From Syntrophales bacterium (GTDB taxonomy: Bacteria > Desulfobacterota > Syntrophia > Syntrophales > PHBD01), in NCBI GenBank assembly GCA_963668175.1, contig OY764159.1, forward strand, positions 1,088,001 through 1,152,000: a DNA stretch of 64,000 nucleotides. Reading direction: 5' to 3'. The notes under the pieces are model-generated. The model did no database searches. It was not told the DNA's origin and was given only the letters and a program-made list of their open reading frames with translations. The position numbers were made by a program, and so were the translations under genes. The stretch's first letter is position 1. Every line of letters starts with the position of its first letter. Shown here one piece after another: positions 1-9,825 of this stretch.

Positions 1-1398
1 AAAGATAAGAAGGAAAAAGTTCCCCGGCACAAGATGCCGGAACAGAAACCCTCGGAAAGAATCCGTAATTTCGGCGAAGTGCCGACCGGATATCCGGCGG
101 AAACGGCCATTGCCGAGGCCAAGCGCTGCATCCAGTGCAAGAAGCCCGGCTGCATTACCGGTTGTCCCGTGGATGTGGACATACCCGGATTCATCAAATT
201 GATCGCCGAAGGCCAGTTTATCGAAGCGGCCCTGAAGCTCAAGGAGACCAACGGCCTTCCCGCCGTCTGCGGCCGGGTCTGCCCGCAGGAGGACCAGTGC
301 GAGAAGCTCTGCATCCTGGGCAAGAAGGGCGAGCCGGTGGCGATCGGTAGGCTGGAGCGTTTTGCCGCCGATCTGGAGAGGGAATCGGGCCATATTTCCA
401 TACCTCCGATCCCGGCCCCGAACGGTAAGAAGGTGGCCGTTGTCGGCGCCGGACCTTCGGGCCTGACCATCGCCGGCGATCTCGTCAAACTCGGCTACGA
501 AGTGACGATATTCGAGGCACTTCACCAGGCCGGGGGCGTCCTCGTTTACGGTATCCCCGAATTCAGGCTCCCCAAGAAGATCGTTCAGGCCGAGGTCGAT
601 TATCTGCAGAAAATGGGCGTCAAGATCGTCCTCAATGCTGTTATCGGCCGCATCAAAACGGTGGACGAACTCTTCGCCGAGGGCTTCAACGCCGTCTATC
701 TGGGTGTCGGCGCCGGCGCCCCCGTCTTCATGGGCATTCCGGGCGAAAACCTGAGTGGCATCTATTCGGCCAACGAATATCTCACAAGGTCCAACCTGAT
801 GAAGGCCTATCTCTTTCCCGAGTACGATACGCCCATCGCCCGGGGCAAGAACGTCGCCGTCATCGGCGGCGGCAATGTGGCCATGGATTCGGTCCGGACG
901 GCCCTGAGGCTGGGGGCGGACAACGCCTACATCATTTACCGCCGTACGGAGGTGGAGATGCCTGCCCGTATCGAGGAGGTCCACCATGCCAAGGAAGAAG
1001 GTGTCCAGTTCAAGCTGCTCACCAATCCGATTGAATACATCGGCGATGAAAACGGCTGGGTCAAAGGGATCAAGTGCCTCCAGATGGAGCTGGGGGAACC
1101 CGATGAATCGGGCCGCAGGAGGCCGATAGCCGTCAAGGGCTCCGAATTCGTTATCGATGTCGATACGGTCGTGGTCGCCGTAGGCACCATGGCAAACCCC
1201 ATCGTTCCCGCCACGACACCGGGGCTCACAACGAACAAATGGGGCTATATCGTGACGAAGGACGAGAATGGAGAGACGACCAGGCAAGGGGTCTATGCCG
1301 GCGGCGATATCGTAACCGGATCGGCGACGGTGATCCTGGCCATGGGTGCGGGCCGCAAGGCGGCGCACGCCATCCACGAGTATCTCTCGCGGAAATAG
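1..1398 (+). CDS. NADPH-dependent glutamate synthase small-subunit-like oxidoreductase (NfnB/SudA/GltA type); probably 5'-truncated
   Basis: CxxC-x4-C-x3-CP and CGRVCPQEDQC Fe-S motifs, GAGPSG FAD motif, GGGNVAMD NADPH motif. The frame is open from base 1 (KDKKEKVPRHKM...). Confidence 0.9.
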   Translation, partial: KDKKEKVPRHKMPEQKPSERIRNFGEVPTGYPAETAIAEAKRCIQCKKPGCITGCPVDVDIPGFIKLIAEGQFIEAALKLKETNGLPAVCGRVCPQEDQCEKLCILGKKGEPVAIGRLERFAADLERESGHISIPPIPAPNGKKVAVVGAGPSGLTIAGDLVKLGYEVTIFEALHQAGGVLVYGIPEFRLPKKIVQAEVDYLQKMGVKIVLNAVIGRIKTVDELFAEGFNAVYLGVGAGAPVFMGIPGENLSGIYSANEYLTRSNLMKAYLFPEYDTPIARGKNVAVIGGGNVAMDSVRTALRLGADNAYIIYRRTEVEMPARIEEVHHAKEEGVQFKLLTNPIEYIGDENGWVKGIKCLQMELGEPDESGRRRPIAVKGSEFVIDVDTVVVAVGTMANPIVPATTPGLTTNKWGYIVTKDENGETTRQGVYAGGDIVTGSATVILAMGAGRKAAHAIHEYLSRK

Positions 1399-1446
1399 CG
1401 GGGGACGAGGGGCGGCAGCAAAACCCATTATAATGATGATCATTTG

Positions 1447-1482
1447 AGGCATGGCGGACGGTAGTCTGTCCATGCCTTTTTT
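1447..1482 (+). terminator. Intrinsic terminator after the oxidoreductase
   Basis: AGGCATGG...CCATGCCT stem followed by a T-run. Confidence 0.7.
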
Positions 1483-1504
1483 ATGGTCGTCCGATCTAAC
1501 ACAC

Positions 1505-1541
1505 AAAAAAGGGCCGGAGGAACAAATTCCCCCGGCCCTTT
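1505..1541 (-). terminator. Intrinsic terminator directly after atpB
   Basis: AAAGGGCCGG...CCGGCCCTTT inverted repeat; the A6 run gives a U-tail on the minus strand. Confidence 0.75.
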
Positions 1542-1562
1542 GAGCAGTTAAGGCAGGTTTTA

Positions 1563-2246
1563 TTAATGATGCTCTTCCATGGCGCCGGCGATATACATCA
1601 TCGCCAGGAGCATGAAGACGAGGGTCTGGATGACCGACGTGAAGATCATGAGGGCCACGACGGGCAGCGGCACCATCAGCGGCACCAGGAAAAGAACGAC
1701 GGCCAGAACGAGATCCTCGCCGCGGATGTTACCGAAAAGCCGGAACGAAAGCGAAAGCGGCCGGGAAAAATGGCTGACGATTTCAATGGGCAGCATCAGG
1801 GGGATCAAATACGGGTTCGGTCCCAGGAACTGTTTGAAATAGGCCAGTCCCTGCACCTTTACGCCGACGACATGGGTCAGGATGAAGACGCAAAGGGCCA
1901 TGGAGACCGTTGTATTCAGATTGGCCGTCGGCGACTCGAAACCGGGAATGAGGCCGATGAGGTTCGAGGTGAGGATGTAGAACCCCAGGGTGGCGATGAG
2001 CGGGAAAAAACGCTTCCCTTCATGGCCCATCGTATTGTCGAGAAGCGTGTGGAAGGAGTCGACAAAGACCTCCATCACGTTCTGGAACGCGCCGGGCAGT
2101 ATGGACAAGCCGCGCGTGGCCAGAAAACCGAACAGGGCCAAAAGCGCCATGACGAACCATGTGTACGCGACGATCGTCATGTCGATGTGATAAGCCTCAT
2201 GAATATGATTGAAAGCCTTCAAATGAAAGAATAACAAGGGTTCCAT
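1563..2246 (-). CDS. atpB: F0F1 ATP synthase subunit a
   Basis: [15 protein letters not shown], and [12 protein letters not shown] with the essential Arg. Confidence 0.97.
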   Translation of the reverse strand: MEPLLFFHLKAFNHIHEAYHIDMTIVAYTWFVMALLALFGFLATRGLSILPGAFQNVMEVFVDSFHTLLDNTMGHEGKRFFPLIATLGFYILTSNLIGLIPGFESPTANLNTTVSMALCVFILTHVVGVKVQGLAYFKQFLGPNPYLIPLMLPIEIVSHFSRPLSLSFRLFGNIRGEDLVLAVVLFLVPLMVPLPVVALMIFTSVIQTLVFMLLAMMYIAGAMEEHH

Positions 2247-2252
2247 GGGTAA

Positions 2253-2645
2253 CTACGCCTCCTCCTCAACACTGTTTTTTTTTGACAGTACCATGACGGC
2301 CGTAATAACGATGTTAATCACCACCACTGACAGACCGGCGATCAACCCTATGATATCGACGACATCCCTGGATACTATAAAGTACAAGACAACAGCGGTG
2401 ACCCCGAGCCGGATGTAATACTTGAACATGATCCGGCCCTTCACGCTACCCGACAGGTTGCTGAAAACCTTGCGGAGATCCCGATGAAGCCAGTGGAAAT
2501 TAACGATGCTGATGAGGCTTCCCAGAACGACCCCGGTTAACCGGGTTGGCATGAATATCCAACTTAGCAAGGCCAAAATCGCCAGAATAACCCAGTTTGT
2601 CACTTCAAGTCTTGTTTGGAGCGGGTCTTTTTCGATGGGGTTCAC
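2253..2645 (-). CDS. atpI: ATP synthase protein I (4-TM)
   Basis: Hydrophobic 130 aa with G-x-x-I-S-x-x-NF and YYIR motifs, directly upstream of atpB. Confidence 0.85.
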   Translation of the reverse strand: MNPIEKDPLQTRLEVTNWVILAILALLSWIFMPTRLTGVVLGSLISIVNFHWLHRDLRKVFSNLSGSVKGRIMFKYYIRLGVTAVVLYFIVSRDVVDIIGLIAGLSVVVINIVITAVMVLSKKNSVEEEA

Positions 2646-2895
2646 TTCTTATACTCTTGATGACCTCTGTTTCGTCACGAAAGTATCGCTTGACCAGCCC
2701 ATACAAGTTTCTGAAACCGATGAGAACTCCCAGGAGCATAAAGAGGAAGGCAAAGCGATGGCCGCCGCCCAGCTTTTCGTCCAGGTAATTCCCCAGAAAG
2801 AGCCCGCCGAAGATCATCAGAACCATGCCGATGCCGATGCTGCTTGCATACGCCATCTGCACAAGGGAATCCCTGGAGCCCTTATCCAATTTCAT
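2605..2895 (-). CDS. atpZ: AtpZ/AtpI-family 2-TM protein
   Basis: GxxLGxYLD motif, two TM segments, first gene of the atp Fo operon. Confidence 0.8.
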   Translation of the reverse strand: MKLDKGSRDSLVQMAYASSIGIGMVLMIFGGLFLGNYLDEKLGGGHRFAFLFMLLGVLIGFRNLYGLVKRYFRDETEVIKSIRSEPHRKRPAPNKT

Positions 2896-3080
2896 GCTGG
2901 CCTCCTATCATGAAGCAACCCCGAAGTCAATAAAAAACATTGTCGCCGAATGCAGTCTTTTCCTTGCAGGTCTTGACTTTCGTCTTGCCGGGAGCGAATT
3001 TGTATGGTACATTTTAAACACGAAATAACCCCTGGTTATGCGGCTTTATAGGATACTCTATTCGGGGAGGGGAACGAAGA

Positions 3081-3380
3081 ATGACTTTGATTATCGGGGG
3101 CGCCGTTGCGACGGTCATCGGGCTCGTGGGACTCGTTTTGTGGCACGCGGACTTCCTGGTCATCCTTAAGGGCGGTATACCCGTCGGCCTGTTGCTTACG
3201 GGAATCCTGGCCATGTACGTCGGCTTCGACGAGATTCAGGAAAAATTCAGCGACGAACGGCGAAAACAGGACGAGAAACTCGAAAAAGCCCAGGAAGAAA
3301 TAGAAATAGTCAAAGCCAAGGCGGAGCAATACCGGGAAGAAATAGACCGCCTGAAAAAGGAAGTCGGTAAAGCCGATTGA
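3081..3380 (+). CDS. Small 2-TM hairpin protein with C-terminal coiled coil (MamI-like pattern)
   Basis: GGAGG RBS; G-x6-GLxGL-x2-W-x7-LKG-x2-P-x6-G pattern; charged helical tail. Confidence 0.8.
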   Translation: MTLIIGGAVATVIGLVGLVLWHADFLVILKGGIPVGLLLTGILAMYVGFDEIQEKFSDERRKQDEKLEKAQEEIEIVKAKAEQYREEIDRLKKEVGKAD

Positions 3381-3511
3381 CCCCGATTCCAGCCAATCCA
3401 CGTTCGTTGCCGCAGCTTCCCCATATAAATGGCCGGCAGAGCCCGTTCCCGCCGGTCCGCGTTTCCTTGCCGCTATGACGTCGCCTGAAGCGATCCGCGT
3501 ATGTTAAAGAC

Positions 3512-3994
3512 CTATTCGACCGGAATATCCGTTGCGCCCTTCACCGGAAGGATAATCTGTGTTTTTAATATGTTGGACGGTGTATAGGCCGGGTCGTTCA
3601 TGTAGACTTCATAGGCGACACCGGTAGGTTCGTAACCATTCTCCAGGATCCACCTCTCCAACGCATGATAAGCAGGTTCTATCCGGTCGTAAGGGCCCGT
3701 AAACAGGCAGGAAGCCACCTTGCCGGCGGGCAGCTGGCCGGCCTGAATCCCGTCTGCACCGGGAAGGGACTTAAAGACGGGGAAGCCCGCCTCGATATCC
3801 AGGATGTCCCGGTCCCTGCGGTCATAGACGATAAAAGGCGGTCCCGCGGGCTGTTCCTCGTGTGCGGCCAGATACTGAATGATGGTCCCGTAAGCCTGCT
3901 GCAGGTCCTTGCGCAGCCCGGAGACGGAGGCCCTGATACGGACCGTGACTGTAGCCTGGCTCGTTTGCGTGTACGCCTCGCACTTTAACGTCAT
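3512..3994 (-). CDS. GyrI-like small-molecule-binding protein
   Basis: AGPPF, LPAGKVA, GPYD, YEVYMNDP motifs. Confidence 0.85.
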   Translation of the reverse strand: MTLKCEAYTQTSQATVTVRIRASVSGLRKDLQQAYGTIIQYLAAHEEQPAGPPFIVYDRRDRDILDIEAGFPVFKSLPGADGIQAGQLPAGKVASCLFTGPYDRIEPAYHALERWILENGYEPTGVAYEVYMNDPAYTPSNILKTQIILPVKGATDIPVE

Positions 3995-4329
3995 TTTCGG
4001 CTCCCTGTATGTCGTTGGATCACCCTGTGCGCCGTATTTACAACGGCGGGGAAGCGGGCGGTCTTAACGTTTTTCATCATCTGCCGAGATGAAGTACCGG
4101 CAGAACGTCGATGCCCGCCTTCTCTATCATTACTTGGAGCAAAACTCAAAGCAATTGCCGTTTCGTGTCCGGGGTCCGTGACCCTTCAGGCCTGCCCCGT
4201 AAAAAACGGAAGCGAAAAGAAAATTGTTCATTCGGGATAAAACCGGCTTCTTTTTTGTGAAACGATCATGTAAAAGAATGTTGTTTCAGAGAATCTTATG
4301 GATCATCGAACTTGAAAAGGAGAAGAAGC

Positions 4330-7080
4330 ATGACAACGGTCCGCAATCCCCAATATACCCGCCAGAATCCGCGCAGTATCGCAATTGTGGTTCTGGTCGT
4401 TCTTCTTTTGCTCTTTTCCGGAAAGACCATCATCCTCCTGGGCGACTGGCTCTGGTTCCAGGAAGTCGGTTTTGTCACGGTCTTCAATACCATCCTGACC
4501 GGGCAGATGCAGACGGCGGGCCTGTTCGGCGCGGCTTTTTTCTTTATTTTCTTCGGCAATCTCTTTCTGGCCGTGCGGCTCTCGGCCGCGGATGTCAACC
4601 TCGATATTCACGCGGATGTCATCAATATCCCCGTTCCCGGGCCGGGGGATGCCCTTGTTAAGAGGATCGTCCTTATCGCTTCCCTGATTCTGGCGCTCTT
4701 CGCATCCGTTCAGGGCGCGGCGCAATGGGAGAGTATGCTTCTGTTTTTAAATACCGTACCATTCGGCGTCAAAGATCCTCTCTTTGACCGCGATATCGGT
4801 TTTTATGTCTTTCAGCTTCCCTTTCTCCAGTACCTCCAGGGCTGGGCGGTTTCCGTCCTGATGTTCACGACGGCGGCGACAGGCGCCGTTTATCTCCTGC
4901 GCCGGTCCGTCATCTTCATCCGTCCGCGTTTCTTCAGATTCAGTCCCACGGCACGGGCGCACATCCTCGCTCTTGTCGCCGTTCTGTTTCTGCTTGCAGC
5001 CGCGGGATTCTGGCTCGATCTGTACGAACTCCTCTATGTCAAGCGGGGCGTTGTCTTCGGAGCCGGATATACGGATGCAACGACGCAGCAATGGGTGCTC
5101 GTCGTACTCGCGGGATTGAGCGTCGTTGTCGCGGCGGTCTTCGCTGTTGTCGCTTACCGCTGGAACTGGAGGCTGCCGGTATTCGCCCTGCTGGTTTTTG
5201 CCCTCCTTGTTGTGCTGGGCCGTTCCGTTTATCCGGCCTTCGTTCAGAAGTTCAAGGTCGTCCCCAATGAAGTGGTTCTGGAGAAGCCTTATCTCGAAAA
5301 GAACATCCGCTTTACCCGCATTGCCTATGGGTTGCAGGATATCGAAGACCGCGTGTTCGCCGCGGAGGAGGCCCTGACCATCAAGGATATCCGCCAGAAC
5401 GACCCGACCATCAAGAACATCCGCCTGTGGGACTATGCACCCCTCCTGCAAACCTACGGACAGCTCCAGGAGATACGGACCTACTACAAGTTCCTCACGG
5501 TGAACAACGACCGTTATATGATCAACGGGGAGTACCGGCAGACGATGATTTCCCCGAGGGAGCTCTCCTATGCCGCGCTGCCTTCCCGGACATGGGTCAA
5601 CGAGCACATGACCTACACGCACGGCTACGGCGCCGTCATGGGGCCGGTCAACCGCATCTCGCGGGAGGGACTCCCCGAATTCTTCATCAAGGACATCCCG
5701 CCGGTGTCGTCGGGCAGCCTGAAGATCACCCGGCCGGAGATTTATTACGGCAACACGAACAACGACTATGTCTTCGTCCGGGCCAAGAGACCGGAATTCG
5801 ACTATCCCGTGGGGGACAAGAACGTCTATTCCCGCTACGAGGGCACGGGCGGCGTTCCCCTTTCCTTCTGGAGGAAGATCCTCTTTGCACTGCGCTTTCA
5901 CTCCCTGACGATCCTGCTTTCCGACGACATCACCTCCGACAGCCGGATCATGTTCTACCGTACGATCAAGGAGCGCGTTTCCCGCGTGGTTCCCTTCGCC
6001 AAACTCGACGGGGAGCCCTATCTGGTCGTTTCGCCCCAGGGCCGCTTGATATGGTTCGTAGACGCCTACACGACGACCGACCGGTTCCCTTACTCGGAAC
6101 CGGTTCCGAAGCTCGGCAACTACATCCGCAATACCCTCAAGATCATCGTGGACGCCTACGACGGCTCCATCCGGGTATACGTCAGCGATGAGAAGGACCC
6201 TATCCTGAAGAGCTACGCCCGCATCTTCCCGGGCGTCTATAAGCCGCTCAAGGAGATGGACGAGGGGCTGCGGAGCCATATCCGCTACCCTCCGGGGCTG
6301 CTCCGTATCCAGGCGCGGATGTACCAGACGTATCACATGCAGGACGCCCAGGTGTTCTACAACAAGGAAGACCTCTGGACCATTCCCCGCTCGACCATCC
6401 GCGGATCGGAGCAGGAGATGGACCCGTACTACACCATCATGAAGCTGCCCGACGGGAAAAAGGAAGAGTTCATCCTGATGCTGCCGTTTACGCCGGTCAA
6501 GAAGGACAATATGTCGGCGTGGATGGCGGCGCGCTGCGATATGCCCGACTATGGGAAGATCCTCGTCTACAATTTCCCGAAACAGAGGCTGGTTTACGGA
6601 CCGCGCCAGATCGAGGCCCGGATCAACCAGGACCCGGTGATCTCGCAGCAGCTTTCCCTGTGGAATCAGCGGGGGTCCCAGGTCATTAGCGGCAGCATGC
6701 TTGCGATTCCCATCGAAAAGTCGATCATCTACGTCCAGCCGCTCTACCTTGCCGCTGAGAAGGGACAATTGCCCGAGTTAAGAAGGGTCGTCGTGGCTTT
6801 CGGGAATGCCATCGCCATGGAAGAAACCCTGGAACAATCGCTCCAGCGCGTCTTCGGCGCCGAGGCGGTGAAGGAGGCCGTCGCCGCGGCGTCCGTTCCT
6901 ACGAAAGAGACGTTGGCCGGAAGCGCGGATGTTAGGCAGATATCGGAAGCCCTGGCCCACTACCGGAAGGCTCAGGAATATCTCCGGTCGGGCAACTGGA
7001 GCGGCTTCGGCGAGGAACTGCGGAAGATGGAGGCGATCCTGTCGGCCGCCGAAAAGCAGGCCAGGACCGGTAAACGATAG
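4330..7080 (+). CDS. UPF0182 family membrane protein
   Basis: DWLWFQEVG, DPLFDRDIGFYVF, NIRLWD, YTHGYG, FYNKEDLW, IYVQPLYL; AGGAG RBS before ATG 4330. Confidence 0.93.
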   Translation: MTTVRNPQYTRQNPRSIAIVVLVVLLLLFSGKTIILLGDWLWFQEVGFVTVFNTILTGQMQTAGLFGAAFFFIFFGNLFLAVRLSAADVNLDIHADVINIPVPGPGDALVKRIVLIASLILALFASVQGAAQWESMLLFLNTVPFGVKDPLFDRDIGFYVFQLPFLQYLQGWAVSVLMFTTAATGAVYLLRRSVIFIRPRFFRFSPTARAHILALVAVLFLLAAAGFWLDLYELLYVKRGVVFGAGYTDATTQQWVLVVLAGLSVVVAAVFAVVAYRWNWRLPVFALLVFALLVVLGRSVYPAFVQKFKVVPNEVVLEKPYLEKNIRFTRIAYGLQDIEDRVFAAEEALTIKDIRQNDPTIKNIRLWDYAPLLQTYGQLQEIRTYYKFLTVNNDRYMINGEYRQTMISPRELSYAALPSRTWVNEHMTYTHGYGAVMGPVNRISREGLPEFFIKDIPPVSSGSLKITRPEIYYGNTNNDYVFVRAKRPEFDYPVGDKNVYSRYEGTGGVPLSFWRKILFALRFHSLTILLSDDITSDSRIMFYRTIKERVSRVVPFAKLDGEPYLVVSPQGRLIWFVDAYTTTDRFPYSEPVPKLGNYIRNTLKIIVDAYDGSIRVYVSDEKDPILKSYARIFPGVYKPLKEMDEGLRSHIRYPPGLLRIQARMYQTYHMQDAQVFYNKEDLWTIPRSTIRGSEQEMDPYYTIMKLPDGKKEEFILMLPFTPVKKDNMSAWMAARCDMPDYGKILVYNFPKQRLVYGPRQIEARINQDPVISQQLSLWNQRGSQVISGSMLAIPIEKSIIYVQPLYLAAEKGQLPELRRVVVAFGNAIAMEETLEQSLQRVFGAEAVKEAVAAASVPTKETLAGSADVRQISEALAHYRKAQEYLRSGNWSGFGEELRKMEAILSAAEKQARTGKR

Positions 7081-7118
7081 AGGCGGTTCGCGTAAGCCGC
7101 CGGGGAGGAGACGGGAAA

Positions 7119-7568
7119 GTGACGCCGTGTTACCTTGAAGATTTTACCGTTGGCGACCGTTTTGAGTCGAGGGGGATGACGGTCACCGAAAGCGCTATCA
7201 TCGATTTTGCTGAAAGGTACGATCCGCAGCCCTTTCACAGGGACGTCGAAGCGGCCAAGGCGTCGATCTACGGAGGGCATATTGCGAGCGGCATGCAGAC
7301 CGTCGCTTTGACCTTCCGGCTTTTTCTGGATACGGGGGTGCTCGCCGCCAATATGGGGTCGCCCGGGTTCGACGAGCTGCGCTGGCATACGCCCGTGCGG
7401 CCCGGCGATACGCTTCATGTCGCGGCCGAGGTCACGGAAGTGCGCCCGTCCTCTTCGAAACCGGACCGCGGCATTGTCCGCTTCCGGGTATCGACCCTCA
7501 ATCAGCATGGCCAGGCAGTGCAGACGGTCGTCTGCAACCAGCTGCTCATGCGCCGCCCGGCAGCGTAA
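7119..7568 (+). CDS. MaoC-family (hotdog) dehydratase
   Basis: YLEDF, FAxxYDPQPFH, IASG, PVRPGDTL. Confidence 0.9.
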   Translation: MTPCYLEDFTVGDRFESRGMTVTESAIIDFAERYDPQPFHRDVEAAKASIYGGHIASGMQTVALTFRLFLDTGVLAANMGSPGFDELRWHTPVRPGDTLHVAAEVTEVRPSSSKPDRGIVRFRVSTLNQHGQAVQTVVCNQLLMRRPAA

Positions 7569-7599
7569 AGCCATGTCTATGACGGCTCGGAGGTGATCT

Positions 7600-9099
7600 C
7601 TGCGTAAACTTCTTTTGGAAACGATCGTCTTTGTCTGCGGTGCGGTGGTCATGATCCTGGAACTCGTCGGTTCGCGGGTCCTGGCGCCCTATGTCGGGAC
7701 CTCCATCGTTGTCTGGACGAGCCTGATCGGTATCATCCTGGGGAGCCTCAGCATCGGATACTGGCAGGGCGGAAAGATATCCGACCGGGGGCCGAGCTTC
7801 AGGGTCCTCTCCTTCATCATCGGCGCCGGCGCACTCTTCATCGGCCTCATCCCCTTTGTCCAGGGCCCCGTGCAGGAATTGCTCGAGAAGCTCGTGAGCA
7901 ACATCCTGATCAACGCCCCGCTCACCACGGTTCTTCTCTTCGCCGCCCCCAGCATGCTCCTCGGCATGATATCGCCTTACGCCGTCAGGCTGAAGATGGT
8001 GACGGTCGCCGATTCGGGCAAGACCGTCGGCAATCTCTATGCCGTCTCGACCGTGGGCAGCATCGTGGGGACGTTCCTCGCGGGCTACCTGCTCATCGCC
8101 TACCTGGGGACGAACAAGATTCTCCTCGTCCTGTCCCTGGTACTTGTCCTCACCTCGATTTTTGCCGATTACCGGGCCCTCTGGCCGGTCAAGCTGGGGT
8201 TTCTCCTCCTCGTTGTCGCCGGTCTCGCGGTCATGTATGTGCATGAGGAAAAAAAGAGGCAGGCGGGTTTCATCGACGTGGACACGCATTACAGCCGGGT
8301 ACGGATTTTCGACAGGACGGATGCCGGCACCGGAAGGCCGATCCGGGTGATGATGACCAATCCGAGAGAGACCCAGTCCGCCATGTACCTGGACCGGGAT
8401 GACGATCTGGTCTTCAGGTATCTGCGTTTCTTCAGGCTTGCCGGCTACTTCAATCCCGGTATCAAGAGCGCCCTCATGATCGGAAGCGCCGGCTGTTCCT
8501 TCCCGAAGGATTTCCTGAAGCGTTTTCCCGAGGCAAGGATGGACGTCGTCGAGATCGACGGGCAGATGACGGAGCTCGCCGCCCGGTATTTCAATCTCAG
8601 GGAGGACCGGCGGCTGCGAATCGTGCACGAGGACGGCAGAACCTATCTCAACCGGACAAAGAACCGTTACGACGTGATTTACAGCGACGCCTTCAACTCC
8701 TTCTATTCCATTCCCTATCAGTTGACTACGTTCGAGGCCGTGCGGAGAATGGACGGCATCCTGAACGATGGCGGCATGGTCGTCGTCAATCTCATATCCG
8801 CCGTCGAAGGTCCGGAAGGCAAATTCCTCCGGGCCCTGTATGGAACTTTCCAGGAAGTCTTTCCCAGAGTCTATATCTTCCCCGTCAGGGATGCCGGAAA
8901 CGGCGGCGATGCCCAGAATATCATCCTGATCGCCTTAAAGACGCCGCAGCCGTCGTACGCCTTTAGCAGCCGCGATCCCGAGCTGGACGCCTATCTCAAG
9001 CACCGCTGGCCGGGTCCGATCGGGAAGGACATGCCGTTGCTGACGGACAATTACGCCCCCACGGACCTCTATATCCTGGAAATCCTGAAAAGGATCTGA
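7600..9099 (+). CDS. Membrane-fused spermidine-synthase-like SAM-dependent transferase
   Basis: N-terminal TM domain (ELVGSRVLAPYVG), VVEID, EDGR, DAF, LTDNYAP. Start is probably CTG at 7600; the ORF track gives TTG at 7615. Confidence 0.88.
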   Translation: MRKLLLETIVFVCGAVVMILELVGSRVLAPYVGTSIVVWTSLIGIILGSLSIGYWQGGKISDRGPSFRVLSFIIGAGALFIGLIPFVQGPVQELLEKLVSNILINAPLTTVLLFAAPSMLLGMISPYAVRLKMVTVADSGKTVGNLYAVSTVGSIVGTFLAGYLLIAYLGTNKILLVLSLVLVLTSIFADYRALWPVKLGFLLLVVAGLAVMYVHEEKKRQAGFIDVDTHYSRVRIFDRTDAGTGRPIRVMMTNPRETQSAMYLDRDDDLVFRYLRFFRLAGYFNPGIKSALMIGSAGCSFPKDFLKRFPEARMDVVEIDGQMTELAARYFNLREDRRLRIVHEDGRTYLNRTKNRYDVIYSDAFNSFYSIPYQLTTFEAVRRMDGILNDGGMVVVNLISAVEGPEGKFLRALYGTFQEVFPRVYIFPVRDAGNGGDAQNIILIALKTPQPSYAFSSRDPELDAYLKHRWPGPIGKDMPLLTDNYAPTDLYILEILKRI

Positions 9100-9234
9100 A
9101 AGGTTCCAGCCCGCCGCGTCGGGACAAACGTTTCGCTGACTTCCTTTTACTGAAGTTTTCTCTATTTCCCTGAAATTCTATTATTCGGAAAGGACAAGCG
9201 GAAAAACCTGCGGATGCATATATCGCTTCAGCGC

Positions 9235-9738
9235 TCAGGTTTCGGATGGCGAATCGGAATCTTTTCCCGAACTTCGCTTGAACATGTGCAGGATCAGGAT
9301 AACGGCCCCGACGGAAATGGCCGAATCGGCGACATTGAATGCCGGCCAGTGGTGGACTCCAACGTATACGTCAATGAAGTCGATGACTTCCCCGAAGCGA
9401 GCCCGGTCGATGAAGTTGCCGACGGCCCCCGACAGGATCAGGGAGAGGGCGAAGATCAGGAACGGTTCGTCGTTACGGCTTTTGGCGATATAATAGAGAA
9501 TACAACCGATGGCCACGGCCGCAATGCCCAGAAAAAAAATCGATCTGAATACCGGAGATGCGCCGGCCAGGAAACCGAAGGCCGCGCCTGGATTGCGGAC
9601 ATAGGTGATGTTCAGGAAACCGGGGATGATGGCAAGGGATTCATGAAGCGTCAGCATGCCGTCGATGCAGGCCTTCGTCACCTGGTCGAGGACGATGAGC
9701 ACCGGGGCTGTCAGCAGGAAGATGATGTATTTTTTCAC
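9235..9738 (-). CDS. lspA: Lipoprotein signal peptidase II
   Basis: DQxTK, NPGAAFG, GNFIDR, VIDF, AFNVADSAI. Confidence 0.97.
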   Translation of the reverse strand: MKKYIIFLLTAPVLIVLDQVTKACIDGMLTLHESLAIIPGFLNITYVRNPGAAFGFLAGASPVFRSIFFLGIAAVAIGCILYYIAKSRNDEPFLIFALSLILSGAVGNFIDRARFGEVIDFIDVYVGVHHWPAFNVADSAISVGAVILILHMFKRSSGKDSDSPSET

Positions 9739-9825
9739 AGGCCGATATTCCCTACCCGGAATCCGTCCCCTTTCTCATGAGAGAGGGGACGCGATTTTTT
9801 ACCGTGCCGCAATGGGCTTTCGCAT

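Noticed and set aside
4747..6768. Long antisense ORFs (673 aa here; also 10984-12624, 15160-16338, 19617-20909, 58961-60022 and others)
   Set aside because: Shadow frames of GC-rich real genes, with no motifs or RBS.
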